Source: Paracoccaceae bacterium
GTDB lineage: Bacteria > Pseudomonadota > Alphaproteobacteria > Rhodobacterales > Rhodobacteraceae
DNA length: 55,124 nucleotides
Direction: 5' to 3'
Assembly (NCBI GenBank): GCA_040904645.1
Contig: JBBDTD010000044.1
Span: 1 to 55,124, forward strand
The notes below the pieces were generated by a model that made no database searches, was not told the origin of the DNA, and was given only the letters and a program-made list of their open reading frames with translations. Shown here piece by piece: positions 41,216 through 50,821 of the stretch. Position 1 is the stretch's first letter; every line of letters begins with the position of its first letter. Made by a program: the position numbers and the translations under genes.

Positions 41216-42268
41216 TCAGAGCGAGACCCAGAGATCGAACAACAGCCCTGCCGCGAAGGACCCGGTCAGCGCCAGTCCGATATAGAGCGCGAAGACCTGC
41301 CGTTTCACCAGCGCCCAGACCGCGATCGCCGCAGGCAGGGAGGTCACCCCGCCCGCCGCGAGGAAGGCGAGCCCGGCTCCCGGCGCCATGCCCTGATCGA
41401 TCAATCCGCCGACCAGGGGCAATGCGGCGTACCCGTTGAGGTAGGCCGGGACGCCGATGATCGTCGCGATCAGGATCGGGCCGATCCCTTCGCCGCCAAG
41501 GGTCCGCGTCACCAGTTCGGCGGGCGTCAGCTCCAGCATCAGGCTTTCCAGAAGGAAGGCGAGCAGGAGCCATTTCACCAGGAAGAGCGCGGAGCGCAGC
41601 CCCTCCCGTCCGAAGGTGGAGAGGCGCTCGCGGTCTTCCCAGAACCGCCAGACCACCGGTTTCGGCGTGCGCACCCGCGCACCGCCGCATCCACCGTTTC
41701 CAACGCCTTCGCGGAGCGGATCGACAAGCCCGCCGCCCCGCATCAAAAGATGCGCGGTGACGCCGCCGAAAAGCCCGAGGCCGATCGCCGTCAGGGTTTT
41801 CGCGACCGCGAATTCGAGGCCGAGCACGCCAGTCGTCAGCGCGAACATCGAGGGGTCCATCACCGGTGAGGCGAGCCAGAACGCCATCACCGCAGAGAGC
41901 GGCACGCCCATGCTGAGCAGCGCGGCGATCAGCGGAATGACCCCGCAGGAGCAGAACGGCGAAAGCGCCCCGGCGAGCGCGGCGAGCAGGATCATCACCG
42001 GCGCCGAGCCGGTGAACGCCTTGGCGATCAGCCGGTCCGCGCCGGTCGCCCCGGCCCAGGCCGCGACGCCGACGGAGAGCAGCAGAAACGGCGCGACATC
42101 GGCGAGGTTGGTCAGCGCGAAGCCGGCGCTCCGCCCCGCCAGGCCCGTATCGACGAGGAGGAGGGCGAGAAGCAGCGCCGCGGTCGCCAGCCAGGGCTTT
42201 TCCTTCGCCCAGAGCCGGCGCATGAAATCGGCCAGCGCGCCGCCCGCCTGAAGAGCCAGTTCAGTCAT
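41216..42268 (-). CDS. DUF318/ArsP-type permease
   Basis: SPFCSCGVIP, FWLASP, multiple TM segments; follows an ArsR gene. Confidence 0.85.
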   Translation of the reverse strand: MTELALQAGGALADFMRRLWAKEKPWLATAALLLALLLVDTGLAGRSAGFALTNLADVAPFLLLSVGVAAWAGATGADRLIAKAFTGSAPVMILLAALAGALSPFCSCGVIPLIAALLSMGVPLSAVMAFWLASPVMDPSMFALTTGVLGLEFAVAKTLTAIGLGLFGGVTAHLLMRGGGLVDPLREGVGNGGCGGARVRTPKPVVWRFWEDRERLSTFGREGLRSALFLVKWLLLAFLLESLMLELTPAELVTRTLGGEGIGPILIATIIGVPAYLNGYAALPLVGGLIDQGMAPGAGLAFLAAGGVTSLPAAIAVWALVKRQVFALYIGLALTGSFAAGLLFDLWVSL

Positions 42269-42290
42269 TTCGATATCTCCAGAAATGTAA
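42266..42290. promoter_or_regulatory. Putative ArsR operator overlapping the permease start codon
   Basis: CATTTC-N10-GAAATG inverted repeat. Confidence 0.45.
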
Positions 42291-42322
42291 GTGTTTTGGA
42301 GGTGGAAAAGCGGAAGCGATCA

Positions 42323-42637
42323 TCACGCGACGTCCTCCCGCATTGGCGCCACGCCGGCGCAGCATTCGCTGGTCAGAAAGCCCAGCATGCGGTGCATCGC
42401 CGTGTAATCGACGCGGTTGACCACTTCGCGGCCGTGCCGTTCCTGAATGACGAGGCCCGCTGCGACCAGGCCACCCAGATGATGCGCGAGGGTTGAGCCA
42501 GCCATGTCGAGGCGCCCGCCGATCTCGCCGACATTCAGGCCGCTCTCGCCAGCCTTGACGAGAAGCCGATAGATGGCGAGCCGCGATTCATGGCCGAGGG
42601 CGGCGAGAGAACGGGCGATTTCCGCTTCAGTTTTCAT
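42323..42637 (-). CDS. ArsR/SmtB family regulator with C-terminal CC pair
   Basis: ALGHESRLAIYRLLV, STLAHHL, ECCAG. Confidence 0.92.
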   Translation of the reverse strand: MKTEAEIARSLAALGHESRLAIYRLLVKAGESGLNVGEIGGRLDMAGSTLAHHLGGLVAAGLVIQERHGREVVNRVDYTAMHRMLGFLTSECCAGVAPMREDVA

Positions 42638-42646
42638 GCTTCAAAT

Positions 42647-42670
42647 ATAACTATGATTCTAGAGATGTAA
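42647..42670. promoter_or_regulatory. Second related putative ArsR operator upstream of the regulator
   Basis: Minus strand TTACATCTCTAGAATCATAGTTAT aligns with TTACATTTCTGGAGATATCGAAAT at 42267-42290. Confidence 0.4.
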
Positions 42671-42713
42671 AGATGATTTCGGCGCCCGGCACGATAGAAT
42701 CGCTTGACAGGCG

Positions 42714-42729
42714 TGGCCGCAGATTTGCT
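42714..42729 (+). promoter_or_regulatory. sigma54-type (-24/-12) promoter
   Basis: TGGCCGCAGATTTGCT gives GG-N10-GC with TTGCT. A TTGACA at 42704-42709 is an alternative -35. Confidence 0.5.
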
Positions 42730-42758
42730 AACCTGTCCAGACGTATAGCGACATTGAT

Positions 42759-42798
42759 GGCATCGCCGCGCGCCAGCCGCGCTGGCGATAGCCGTTTT
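42759..42798 (+). terminator. Leader hairpin with U tract (possible attenuator)
   Basis: GGC-ATCGCC-GCGC / GCGC-T-GGCGAT-A-GCC followed by GTTTT, 25 nt before the flotillin ATG. Confidence 0.35.
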
Positions 42799-42823
42799 CG
42801 GCCGGTTTGCGAAGGAACTGCCC

Positions 42824-44449
42824 ATGACATGGTTCGTCAGCATTCTTGTCCTTGCTGTTCTGCTTGTCCTCACGATCCTTTTCCTGAGCCGCTACTTCCG
42901 TAAGGCGACGCGCGAGATCAGCGTGGTCAGGACCGGCCTCGGCGGGCAGAAGATCGTGCTGGACGGCGGCTGCCTCGCGCTGCCGTTCCTTCACAAGGTC
43001 GCCGAGGTCAACATGCGGACCTCGAAACTGGAGATCGAGCGGCTCGGCCCGAAATCCATCATCACCCGCGACCGTCTGCGCGTCGATGTCGGCGCGGAAT
43101 TCTACGTGCGGGTCGAGGCGACGACGCTGGGCGTCGCGACCGCGGCGCAGGCGCTGGCCGGGAAATCCTTTCGGGCCGCCGATCTCGCGGACACGCTGGA
43201 GGGCAAGCTGGTCGACGCGATGCTCTCCGTCGCGGCGCGCTACACGATGGATGAGCTGCAGGACAATCGGGCGGGATACGCGCGTGAGGTTTCCGAGGCG
43301 CTCACCGAAAATCTGGCGAAGAACGGCTTGATGCTCGAATCGGTTTCGCTGACCCGTATCGACCAGACGCCGTTTCACGCCCTCGATGAGAACAACGCCT
43401 TCAACGCGCTCGGCATGCGCCGCCTCGCCGAGATCATCGCGGTGAACAAGAAGGAACGCGCCGTGATCGAGGCGGATGCGGAGGTTTCCGTCCGCCAGAG
43501 CCAACTCGACGCCACCAAGCGCAAGCTCACCATCTCGCGGGAGGAAGAGGAAGCGATGATCCAGCAGCAGCGGGAAATCGAGATCGCCCGCTCGCGCAGT
43601 CTCGCGGAAACAGCGGAGGAGCAGGCCTCGTCCGAGAAACGCCGGGAGGCGGCCCGGATCGGTCGCGAGCGCGAAGTCCGGCTAGCCGAAATCGAGAAGG
43701 ACCGCGAGCTTCGTCAAAAAACGCTCGAATCCGAGGTCGCGACAGCGATGGCCAAGGCGGAGAACGCCGTGCGCCTCGCCGCGAAGCGCGTCGAGGAGGT
43801 GGAGGCCGAGGCCGCCGCGATCTCTGCTCGCGCGGGCGAAGCGATGGCCGAAGAGCATGTCCGCACCACGCGAGAGACCGCTGCGGCGGAGCGTGACAAG
43901 GCGCTGGCCCTGATCCGCGCCGCCGAACAGGTTGAGGTCGACGACGTGCGGGTGAAATCCGAAGCCGGCACGTTGGTCTCCATGGCGACGGCGGAGGCGA
44001 AGGCGGTGCTGGAGCGGGCGAAGGCGGCGCGCGACCGGCTGCTCGCCGAAGCCGAGGGCCGCGCCGCGCTGATCGCCGCCGAGAACGCCCAGAGCGCCGA
44101 GCTGATCGCCATGAAGCTGGACGAGGCGCGGCTGAAGGCGCTGCCCGATATCGTCGAGCGGATGATGAAGCCGGCGGAGAAGATCGAGACTATTCGCATC
44201 AACCACATCACCGGCTTCGGCTCATCGGGCGGCGGCGAAGGCGCGTTCGGTGGCGGAAACAGCGCGGTCAATCAGGTGGTCGACAGCATGCTCTCCATGG
44301 CCTTGCAGCTCCCCGCCGTTCAGAAGCTGGGAGAAGAGGTCGGGTTGAACATCGGCGGCGGCTTGCGCGGGATTTCGGACAGTCTCGGGCCTCGCAAAGG
44401 GCAGGGTTCTGGTGACAGGGGCACGGACGCGCCGAAGAAAAAAGACTGA
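42824..44449 (+). CDS. Flotillin (SPFH/band 7) protein
   Basis: N-terminal TM, VRTGLGG, ITRDRLRVDV, ESVSLT, FNALG, AE-rich coiled coil, KPAEKIETIRI. Confidence 0.9.
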   Translation: MTWFVSILVLAVLLVLTILFLSRYFRKATREISVVRTGLGGQKIVLDGGCLALPFLHKVAEVNMRTSKLEIERLGPKSIITRDRLRVDVGAEFYVRVEATTLGVATAAQALAGKSFRAADLADTLEGKLVDAMLSVAARYTMDELQDNRAGYAREVSEALTENLAKNGLMLESVSLTRIDQTPFHALDENNAFNALGMRRLAEIIAVNKKERAVIEADAEVSVRQSQLDATKRKLTISREEEEAMIQQQREIEIARSRSLAETAEEQASSEKRREAARIGREREVRLAEIEKDRELRQKTLESEVATAMAKAENAVRLAAKRVEEVEAEAAAISARAGEAMAEEHVRTTRETAAAERDKALALIRAAEQVEVDDVRVKSEAGTLVSMATAEAKAVLERAKAARDRLLAEAEGRAALIAAENAQSAELIAMKLDEARLKALPDIVERMMKPAEKIETIRINHITGFGSSGGGEGAFGGGNSAVNQVVDSMLSMALQLPAVQKLGEEVGLNIGGGLRGISDSLGPRKGQGSGDRGTDAPKKKD

Positions 44450-44498
44450 ACAAGAGAGCCGGCCCCGCGCCGGCGTCATCAAAAAAGGAGAGACCTCC

Positions 44499-45749
44499 AT
44501 GTCGCTTTCACGCAGAATGTTCGTCACCGGCGTATCCGCAGCCGCGCTCGCCGCGCCGGCGATCATGGGGCGCGCCCAAGGGTCGGACAAGATCAAGTTC
44601 GTCTCGATCCTCGACCAGTCCGGCGGGCTCGATATCTACGGCGCGCCGATGGTCGAGACGACCAAGATGGCCATCGACGATATCAACGCCGCCGGCGGTC
44701 TGCTCGGCCGCGAGGTCGAGCTGACGATCTATGACGCGCAGTCGAACATCCAGCTCTACACCCAGTACGCGACGCAGGCGGCAGCGGGCGACAAGGCCGA
44801 CACGGTCCACGCCGGCATCACCTCGGCCAGCCGGGAGGCGATCCGCGCGACTCTTGCGCGATTCCAGACCCTCTATTTCTACAACGTCCAGTATGAGGGC
44901 GGTGTTTGCGACATGAACAATTTCTGCATCGGCTCGACCCCGGCGCAGACCGTCGCCAAGGTCGTCCCCTATGTGATGAAGAAATGGGGCAAGAAGGTCT
45001 ACATCGTCGCGGCCGACTATAATTACGGTCAGATCACCGCGCAGTGGATGCAGAAATTCGTGAAGGACAATTCCGGCGAGACGCTGGATGTGGAGTTCTT
45101 CCCGCTTGATGTGACGAATTTCGGCCCGACGATCCAGAAAATCCAGGCAGCCAAGCCTGATCTGGTGATCTCCGCGCTGGTCGGCGGCGCGCATGTCTCC
45201 TTTTACAAGCAATATGCGGCGGCGGGCCTGAACAAGGACATACCTGTCGCCTCGACCACCTTCGGCGTCGGCAATGAGCAGACGATGATCTCATCGGAAG
45301 AGGGCGAGGGGCTGATCGCCGCCTATTCCTATTTCGAGGCCGTCGATAATCCCACAAACAAGGACTTCCTCGCCCGGCTCGACGCGCGTCTCGGCGCAGG
45401 TCGCCCGGTGATGAACGAGCTTTCGATCCGCTCCTACGAGGGCGCCATGCTCTGGGCCGAAGCGGTGAAGGCGGCGGGCACGACCGAGCGTATGGCGGTG
45501 ACCGAGGCGCTCCGCGCCCCGCAAACCTATAACGGGCCATCCGGGCCGGTGACGATCGACGCGCAGACCAATCACGCGGTCCAGAACGTCTATATCGCCG
45601 AGGTGAAGAACCAGAAGTTCGAGGTTCTGGAGAGCTTCGAGGCGCAGCCGCCCGCCGATACGATGCTCGTCTGCGATCTGGTGGCGAATCCGAACCAGAA
45701 CGCCTTCCTGTTCGAAAACGGGCTGAAGGCCGCCGGCATCGACATCTGA
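44499..45749 (+). CDS. ABC substrate-binding protein, UrtA/FmdD/AmiC-like (amide/urea class), Tat-exported
   Basis: SRRMFV twin-arginine signal, TSASREAIR, QYEGG, DYNYG. Confidence 0.88.
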   Translation: MSLSRRMFVTGVSAAALAAPAIMGRAQGSDKIKFVSILDQSGGLDIYGAPMVETTKMAIDDINAAGGLLGREVELTIYDAQSNIQLYTQYATQAAAGDKADTVHAGITSASREAIRATLARFQTLYFYNVQYEGGVCDMNNFCIGSTPAQTVAKVVPYVMKKWGKKVYIVAADYNYGQITAQWMQKFVKDNSGETLDVEFFPLDVTNFGPTIQKIQAAKPDLVISALVGGAHVSFYKQYAAAGLNKDIPVASTTFGVGNEQTMISSEEGEGLIAAYSYFEAVDNPTNKDFLARLDARLGAGRPVMNELSIRSYEGAMLWAEAVKAAGTTERMAVTEALRAPQTYNGPSGPVTIDAQTNHAVQNVYIAEVKNQKFEVLESFEAQPPADTMLVCDLVANPNQNAFLFENGLKAAGIDI

Positions 45750-45762
45750 CCTAGCCTCCGCG

Positions 45763-45798
45763 CCGTCCGGCCCCGACAAGGGGCCGGGCGGTTCCTTT
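45763..45798 (+). terminator. Hairpin after the substrate-binding protein gene (partial terminator or mRNA stabiliser)
   Basis: CCGTCCGGCCCC-GACAA-GGGGCCGGGCGG followed by TTCCTTT. Confidence 0.6.
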
Positions 45799-45822
45799 GC
45801 TTAAGCCCCGGAGCCCTCGCCC

Positions 45823-46692
45823 TTGGATCAGATCGCCGCCCTCTTGCTTCAGCTCGTTTACGGCGTCGCCAATCTCGCCCTCATCAGCATGGGGCTTGCG
45901 ATTATTTTCGGGATGATGCGGGTCATCAACCTCGCCCATGGCGAGTTTCTGATGCTGGGCGGCTACACGGTGGTGGTCGCGACCAATAATGGCGTCAATC
46001 TGTGGTTCGCGATGCTGATCCTCGCGCCGCTTGTCGTTGGTCTGATTGGCGTCATCGTCGAGCGGCTGCTGATCCGCTGGCTTTACGGGCGGATGGTCGA
46101 CACATTGCTCGCCACCTGGGGGCTTTCTCTGTTGCTGATCGGGATCGTGACCTCTGTTTTCGGCGCGTCCACCGCGACGACGATTTCGGCGCCGCTCGGC
46201 GTGATCCGGATCGGCGGCTACTCCTCCTCCGGCTATGATCTTTTCCTTCTTGGCGTGACGCTCGCGCTCGGCCTCGCGATCTATGCGGTGCTGAAGCTGA
46301 CGAAGCTCGGCCTCGTGGCGCGTGGCACCATGCAGAACGCGGAGATGGCCGGCGCGCTCGGCGTCTCGACCAGCCGGATCTACATGATCACCTTCGGCCT
46401 CGGCGCGGCGGTCTCGGGGCTGGCCGGCGGTCTGCTGGCGCCGGTGACCGGCGTGCTGCCGACCATCGGCGCGACCTATATCGCCAAGGCCTTCATCACC
46501 GTCATTTCCGGCGGCGCGTCGATCCTCGCGGGGACGGCGGCGGGCTCGGTGCTGCTGGGGCTGATCAATGGCGTCTTCTCCTTCCTCGCCGGGCCGACTT
46601 TCGGCGAGGTGGCGCTGCTGGTCGCGGCGATCGTGCTTCTGCGCCTGATGCCGCGCGGCATCACCGGCCGCTTTTTCCGCAAGTCGCTATGA
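45823..46692 (+). CDS. ABC permease, UrtB/LivH-like
   Basis: GLAIIFGMMRVINLAHGEF, LLATWG. Confidence 0.92.
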   Translation: MDQIAALLLQLVYGVANLALISMGLAIIFGMMRVINLAHGEFLMLGGYTVVVATNNGVNLWFAMLILAPLVVGLIGVIVERLLIRWLYGRMVDTLLATWGLSLLLIGIVTSVFGASTATTISAPLGVIRIGGYSSSGYDLFLLGVTLALGLAIYAVLKLTKLGLVARGTMQNAEMAGALGVSTSRIYMITFGLGAAVSGLAGGLLAPVTGVLPTIGATYIAKAFITVISGGASILAGTAAGSVLLGLINGVFSFLAGPTFGEVALLVAAIVLLRLMPRGITGRFFRKSL

Positions 46693-47732
46693 AGGGTGGG
46701 GGCATGCGCCAGGAGATGCGTCCTGTGCTGGTCTTCGCCGCGATCGGCGTCCTCTTCACGGTCTTTGCGCCTTCGGCGCTTCAGCTATTCACCATCATCA
46801 ACCTCACTACGGCCATCGCGCTGGCGGTGCTGGCGCTCAGCCTCGCGCTGGTCTGGGGCTTTGGCGGTGTGCTTTGCTTCGGGCAGGTGGCGTTCTTTGG
46901 CCTCGGCGCCTACGCCTACACTATCGGGGCGATCAATTTCGGCGGCTCGACCTGGGCCATATTGCTGGCGATCGTGGTCGCGGCCGCGGCGGCGGCCCTG
47001 CTCGGCTACCTCATGTTCTATGGCCGCGTCTCGGACGTCTACCTCGGCGTGATCACGCTGACGGTGACGTTGATCCTCTATTCTCTCGTGCGCCGCACCT
47101 CGGGGCCGGAATACAAGATCGGCGACGCGCTCCTCGGCGGGTTCAACGGCGTCACGGCGCCACCCCTGAATTTGCCGTGGGATGCGCGCACGTTCCTCTT
47201 TCCCGAGCAGGTTTTCTATGTCGCGATGGCGGCGCTGATCATCGCCTATGTGTTTTGCGGCTGGTTGGTGAACACGCATTTCGGCCGGGTCTGTATCGCG
47301 ATCCGCGAGAATGAGACGCGGGCGGAGTTGCTCGGCTATGACGCGCGGGCCTACCGGCTTGGCATGTTCAGCATCGGCGCCGGTGTCGCGGCGGTGGGCG
47401 GGGTTCTCTTCGCCAATGGCGTCGGGCGGGTCACGCCGGATGTCTTCAGTCTCTATAATGCGGCGCTGACGATCATCTGGGTCATCGTCGGCGGGCGCGG
47501 CACGCTGATAGGGCCGATCGGCGCGACGTTCGGGCTCTTTTACCTCACGGCGGCGCTGGGCGGGCAGAGCCTTCTGAACAACAATCTGGTGCTGGGGGCC
47601 ATCCTGATCCTTTTTGTCCTTCTGGTGCCGAAAGGCGTCGCGCCGACCCTGATCGACTGGGCGCGAAGCGAGCGGCGCGGGCATGCGCAACGACCCCGCC
47701 GCCGGCGCGGCCGCGGAGGGGCCACGGAATGA
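46689..47732 (+). CDS. ABC permease, UrtC/LivM-like
   Basis: LVWGFGG...FGQVAFFGLG, AIRENETRAELLGY, VGGRGTL. Confidence 0.92.
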   Translation: MKGGGMRQEMRPVLVFAAIGVLFTVFAPSALQLFTIINLTTAIALAVLALSLALVWGFGGVLCFGQVAFFGLGAYAYTIGAINFGGSTWAILLAIVVAAAAAALLGYLMFYGRVSDVYLGVITLTVTLILYSLVRRTSGPEYKIGDALLGGFNGVTAPPLNLPWDARTFLFPEQVFYVAMAALIIAYVFCGWLVNTHFGRVCIAIRENETRAELLGYDARAYRLGMFSIGAGVAAVGGVLFANGVGRVTPDVFSLYNAALTIIWVIVGGRGTLIGPIGATFGLFYLTAALGGQSLLNNNLVLGAILILFVLLVPKGVAPTLIDWARSERRGHAQRPRRRRGRGGATE

Positions 47733-48463
47733 GCGGGCGCAAGCAACGCGGCGACGCGGTGGTGGAGACGCGCGGGCTTTCGATGCATTTCGGCGGCGTG
47801 CGCGCAGTCGATCAGGTCGATTTCACCCTTTTCGACCGGGAGTTGCGGTGCCTGATCGGGCCGAACGGCGCTGGCAAGTCGACTTTCTTCAAATGCCTCA
47901 CGGGTCAGCTTCGCCCCACGGCGGGCGAAGTGGTGATCCGCGGCGCCGCCATGACCGGGGCCGAGCCGCATGAGATCGCGGGCCTCGGCGTCGGTATCAA
48001 GACGCAAGTGCCGAATGTCTTCGACGGGTTGAGCGTGGAGGAGAATATCTGGCTTTCCGCCCGCCGCTGGCATGAGAAGAGCCGCGCGAAAACCCTGACG
48101 GCCGAGACGCTTGAGCGGCTGCGCCTCGGCGATATCAGGCGCAGCATGGTCGGGCGGCTCGCGCATGGCCAGCGCCAATGGGTCGAGCTTGGCATGGTCG
48201 TCGTGGCGGAGCCATGGCTGGTGCTGCTCGATGAGCCGGCGGCGGGGATGACCCATGAAGAGACCGAGCGAACCGCGGAAATCATCGCCGAAATCAACGA
48301 GACTGCGGCGCTGATCGTGGTGGAGCATGACATGCAGTTCATCCGCATGATCTCCCGCACCGTGACGCTGTTCCACGAGGGGCGGATCCTGATGGAAGAC
48401 ACCATGGACGCGATTTCCGCCGATCCGCGCGCACGCGAAGTCTATCTCGGGAAACGGGTGTGA
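47729..48463 (+). CDS. ABC ATPase, UrtD/LivG-like
   Basis: GPNGAGKS, LAHGQRQW, LLDEPAAG, VEHDM. Confidence 0.93.
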   Translation: MSGRKQRGDAVVETRGLSMHFGGVRAVDQVDFTLFDRELRCLIGPNGAGKSTFFKCLTGQLRPTAGEVVIRGAAMTGAEPHEIAGLGVGIKTQVPNVFDGLSVEENIWLSARRWHEKSRAKTLTAETLERLRLGDIRRSMVGRLAHGQRQWVELGMVVVAEPWLVLLDEPAAGMTHEETERTAEIIAEINETAALIVVEHDMQFIRMISRTVTLFHEGRILMEDTMDAISADPRAREVYLGKRV

Positions 48464-50811
48464 GCGCGCTGCTGGAGGTCAAGGGCCTCAGGGCCGGCTA
48501 TGGCAAGGTGCCGATCCTGCACGGGATCGACCTCCATGTCGCGGAGGGAGAGATTCTGGGCGTGCTCGGCCATAACGGCATGGGCAAGAGCACGCTTCTG
48601 AAGACCCTGATGGGCATCGTGCCGGCGAGTGGCGGCACGATGATGTTCGATGGCCACGATCTGGGGCGGGAGCGGCCTTCGGCGCGCGCGCGCCTCGGAA
48701 TCGGTTATGTGCCGCAGGGGAGGGGGATTTTTCCCAACCTGTCCGTGCGCGACAATCTTCGCATGGGCGTCGCCGCGCATGATGTGGACGAGGAGGAGGC
48801 GCTGGAACGCGTCCTCGCCGATTTCCCTCGGCTGGAGCGGCTGCTGGAGCGCGACGGCGGGGCGCTTTCCGGCGGAGAGCAGCAATTGCTGGCGTTGGCG
48901 CGGTGCCTTGTCTCCGAGCCGGATCTGGTCCTGCTCGACGAGCCGACCGAGGGCATCCAGCCTTCGATCATCGACGAGATCATCGACCTTCTGAAGGCCC
49001 TCAACGCCAGGAGCGGCGTCGCCATCGTGCTGGTGGAGCAGAATCTCGACTTCATCACCGCGCTTTCGGACCGGGTTCTGCTGATCCAGAAGGGCGCGAT
49101 CACCGGCGAGATTTCCGGCTCCGAGGCCGCCGATCCGGCGTTGATCGAAGAATTCACTGGCCTGGGCGGCGGGGGCAGCTCGAAAACGCCGGCCGCGCCC
49201 CGCCCCGCCCCGCCGCGCCCCGCCGCCGCGCCGGCGGCGCCCCATATCGCTTCGCATGCGCCGGCCGCTCCGGCGCTCCAGGAAAGGATCAGCTACATGA
49301 CCGTGCAGCGCCCGACGCTTTCACAGATGAAGGAAATCGCGGCCGATCTCGGCATGCATATGTCGGACGCCCGCGTGCAGGAATTCCTGGACGTGATGCA
49401 ACCGACGCTCGACGTCTATGACCTGATCGATTCGCTGCCCGATTACCTGCCTCCGGTGCTCTATCCGCGTACATCCGGCCACCGGCCCTCGCCGGAAGAG
49501 AACCCGATGAACGCCTGGTATGTGCAAACCGAAATCCGCGGCGCGCCGCGCGGCCCGCTGGCCGGAAAGACGGTCGCGATCAAGGACAATATCTGCGTCG
49601 CGGGCGTCCCGATGATGAACGGCGCCTCCACGCTCAAGGGCTATACGCCCGATATCGACGCCACCGTCGTCACCCGGCTGCTGGAAGCGGGCGCGACGAT
49701 CGTCGGCAAGGCGCATAGCGAGTATTTCTGCCTCTCGGGCGGCAGCCACACCAACGCGACCGGGCCGGTCCATAACCCGCACAAGCATGGCTATTCAGCG
49801 GGCGGCTCGTCCTCGGGTTGCGGCGCGCTGGTCGGCGCGGGGCAGGTCGACATGGCCGTGGGCGGCGATCAGGGCGGCTCGGTCCGCATGCCGGCTTCCT
49901 ATTGCGGCTGCTATGGCATGAAGGCCACGCACGGGCTGGTGCCATATTCGGGCGCCATGCCGATCGAGAACACCATCGACCATCTCGGCCCGATGACCCG
50001 GAACGTGATGGACAGCGCCCTGATGCTGGAGGTGATCGCCGGGGCCGACGGGATGGACCCGCGCCAATACGACGTGAAGACCGACCGCTACACCGCCGCT
50101 GTAACGCGCGGCGTCTCCGGGCTTCGCATCGGCGTGGTGAAGGAAGGCTTCGGGATGCCCGGCGGCGAGGCCGATGTCGACGCCAAGAACCGCGCGGGCG
50201 CGGAGCTTTTCCGCCAGATGGGCGCCTCGGTCGATGAAATCTCGATTCCCTGGCATCTTCATGGCGCGCCAATCTGGACTCCGATCGCGCTGGAGGGGCT
50301 GACCAACCAGATGATGCACGGCAATGGCATGGGAACCGGTTGGCAAGGGCTCTACGCGACGTCGCTGCTCGACTATCATTCCAACTGGCGGAGCCGGGCG
50401 GATGAGCTTTCGGACACGCTCAAGATCTCGATGCTGGTCGGCCAGTATCATCTGAAGCACACGCGGGGGCATTATTACGCCAAATCGCAGAATCTGGCGC
50501 GCCAGCTCCGGGCCGAATACGACAAGGTTCTGTCCGCCTATGATCTCCTCCTGATGCCGACGACGCCGATGAAGGCGCCGCCGCTGCCCCCGAAGGATTC
50601 GTCGCTGGAACTCTGGTGCCAGCGCGCTTTCGAAAACATAATCAACACCGCGCCGTTCGATGTGACCGGGCATCCGGCGATGGCGATCCCTTGCGGGGTG
50701 TCGGATGGCTTGCCGGTCTCGATGATGCTGATCGGCAAACGCTATGACGAAAGCACGATCTACCGCGCCGCCGGGGCGTTCGAGAAAGCCGGTGACTGGC
50801 GCAAGATGTGA
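48460..50811 (+). CDS. Fusion of UrtE/LivF-like ABC ATPase, Pro/Ala linker and amidase-signature amidase (amidase part from ATG 49297)
   Basis: GHNGMGKS, LSGGEQQ, LLDEPTEG; then AIKDNI, GGSSSG, GGDQGGSVR; no stop between the two halves. Confidence 0.88.
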   Translation: MSALLEVKGLRAGYGKVPILHGIDLHVAEGEILGVLGHNGMGKSTLLKTLMGIVPASGGTMMFDGHDLGRERPSARARLGIGYVPQGRGIFPNLSVRDNLRMGVAAHDVDEEEALERVLADFPRLERLLERDGGALSGGEQQLLALARCLVSEPDLVLLDEPTEGIQPSIIDEIIDLLKALNARSGVAIVLVEQNLDFITALSDRVLLIQKGAITGEISGSEAADPALIEEFTGLGGGGSSKTPAAPRPAPPRPAAAPAAPHIASHAPAAPALQERISYMTVQRPTLSQMKEIAADLGMHMSDARVQEFLDVMQPTLDVYDLIDSLPDYLPPVLYPRTSGHRPSPEENPMNAWYVQTEIRGAPRGPLAGKTVAIKDNICVAGVPMMNGASTLKGYTPDIDATVVTRLLEAGATIVGKAHSEYFCLSGGSHTNATGPVHNPHKHGYSAGGSSSGCGALVGAGQVDMAVGGDQGGSVRMPASYCGCYGMKATHGLVPYSGAMPIENTIDHLGPMTRNVMDSALMLEVIAGADGMDPRQYDVKTDRYTAAVTRGVSGLRIGVVKEGFGMPGGEADVDAKNRAGAELFRQMGASVDEISIPWHLHGAPIWTPIALEGLTNQMMHGNGMGTGWQGLYATSLLDYHSNWRSRADELSDTLKISMLVGQYHLKHTRGHYYAKSQNLARQLRAEYDKVLSAYDLLLMPTTPMKAPPLPPKDSSLELWCQRAFENIINTAPFDVTGHPAMAIPCGVSDGLPVSMMLIGKRYDESTIYRAAGAFEKAGDWRKM

Positions 50812-50821
50812 GGAGCGCGCG

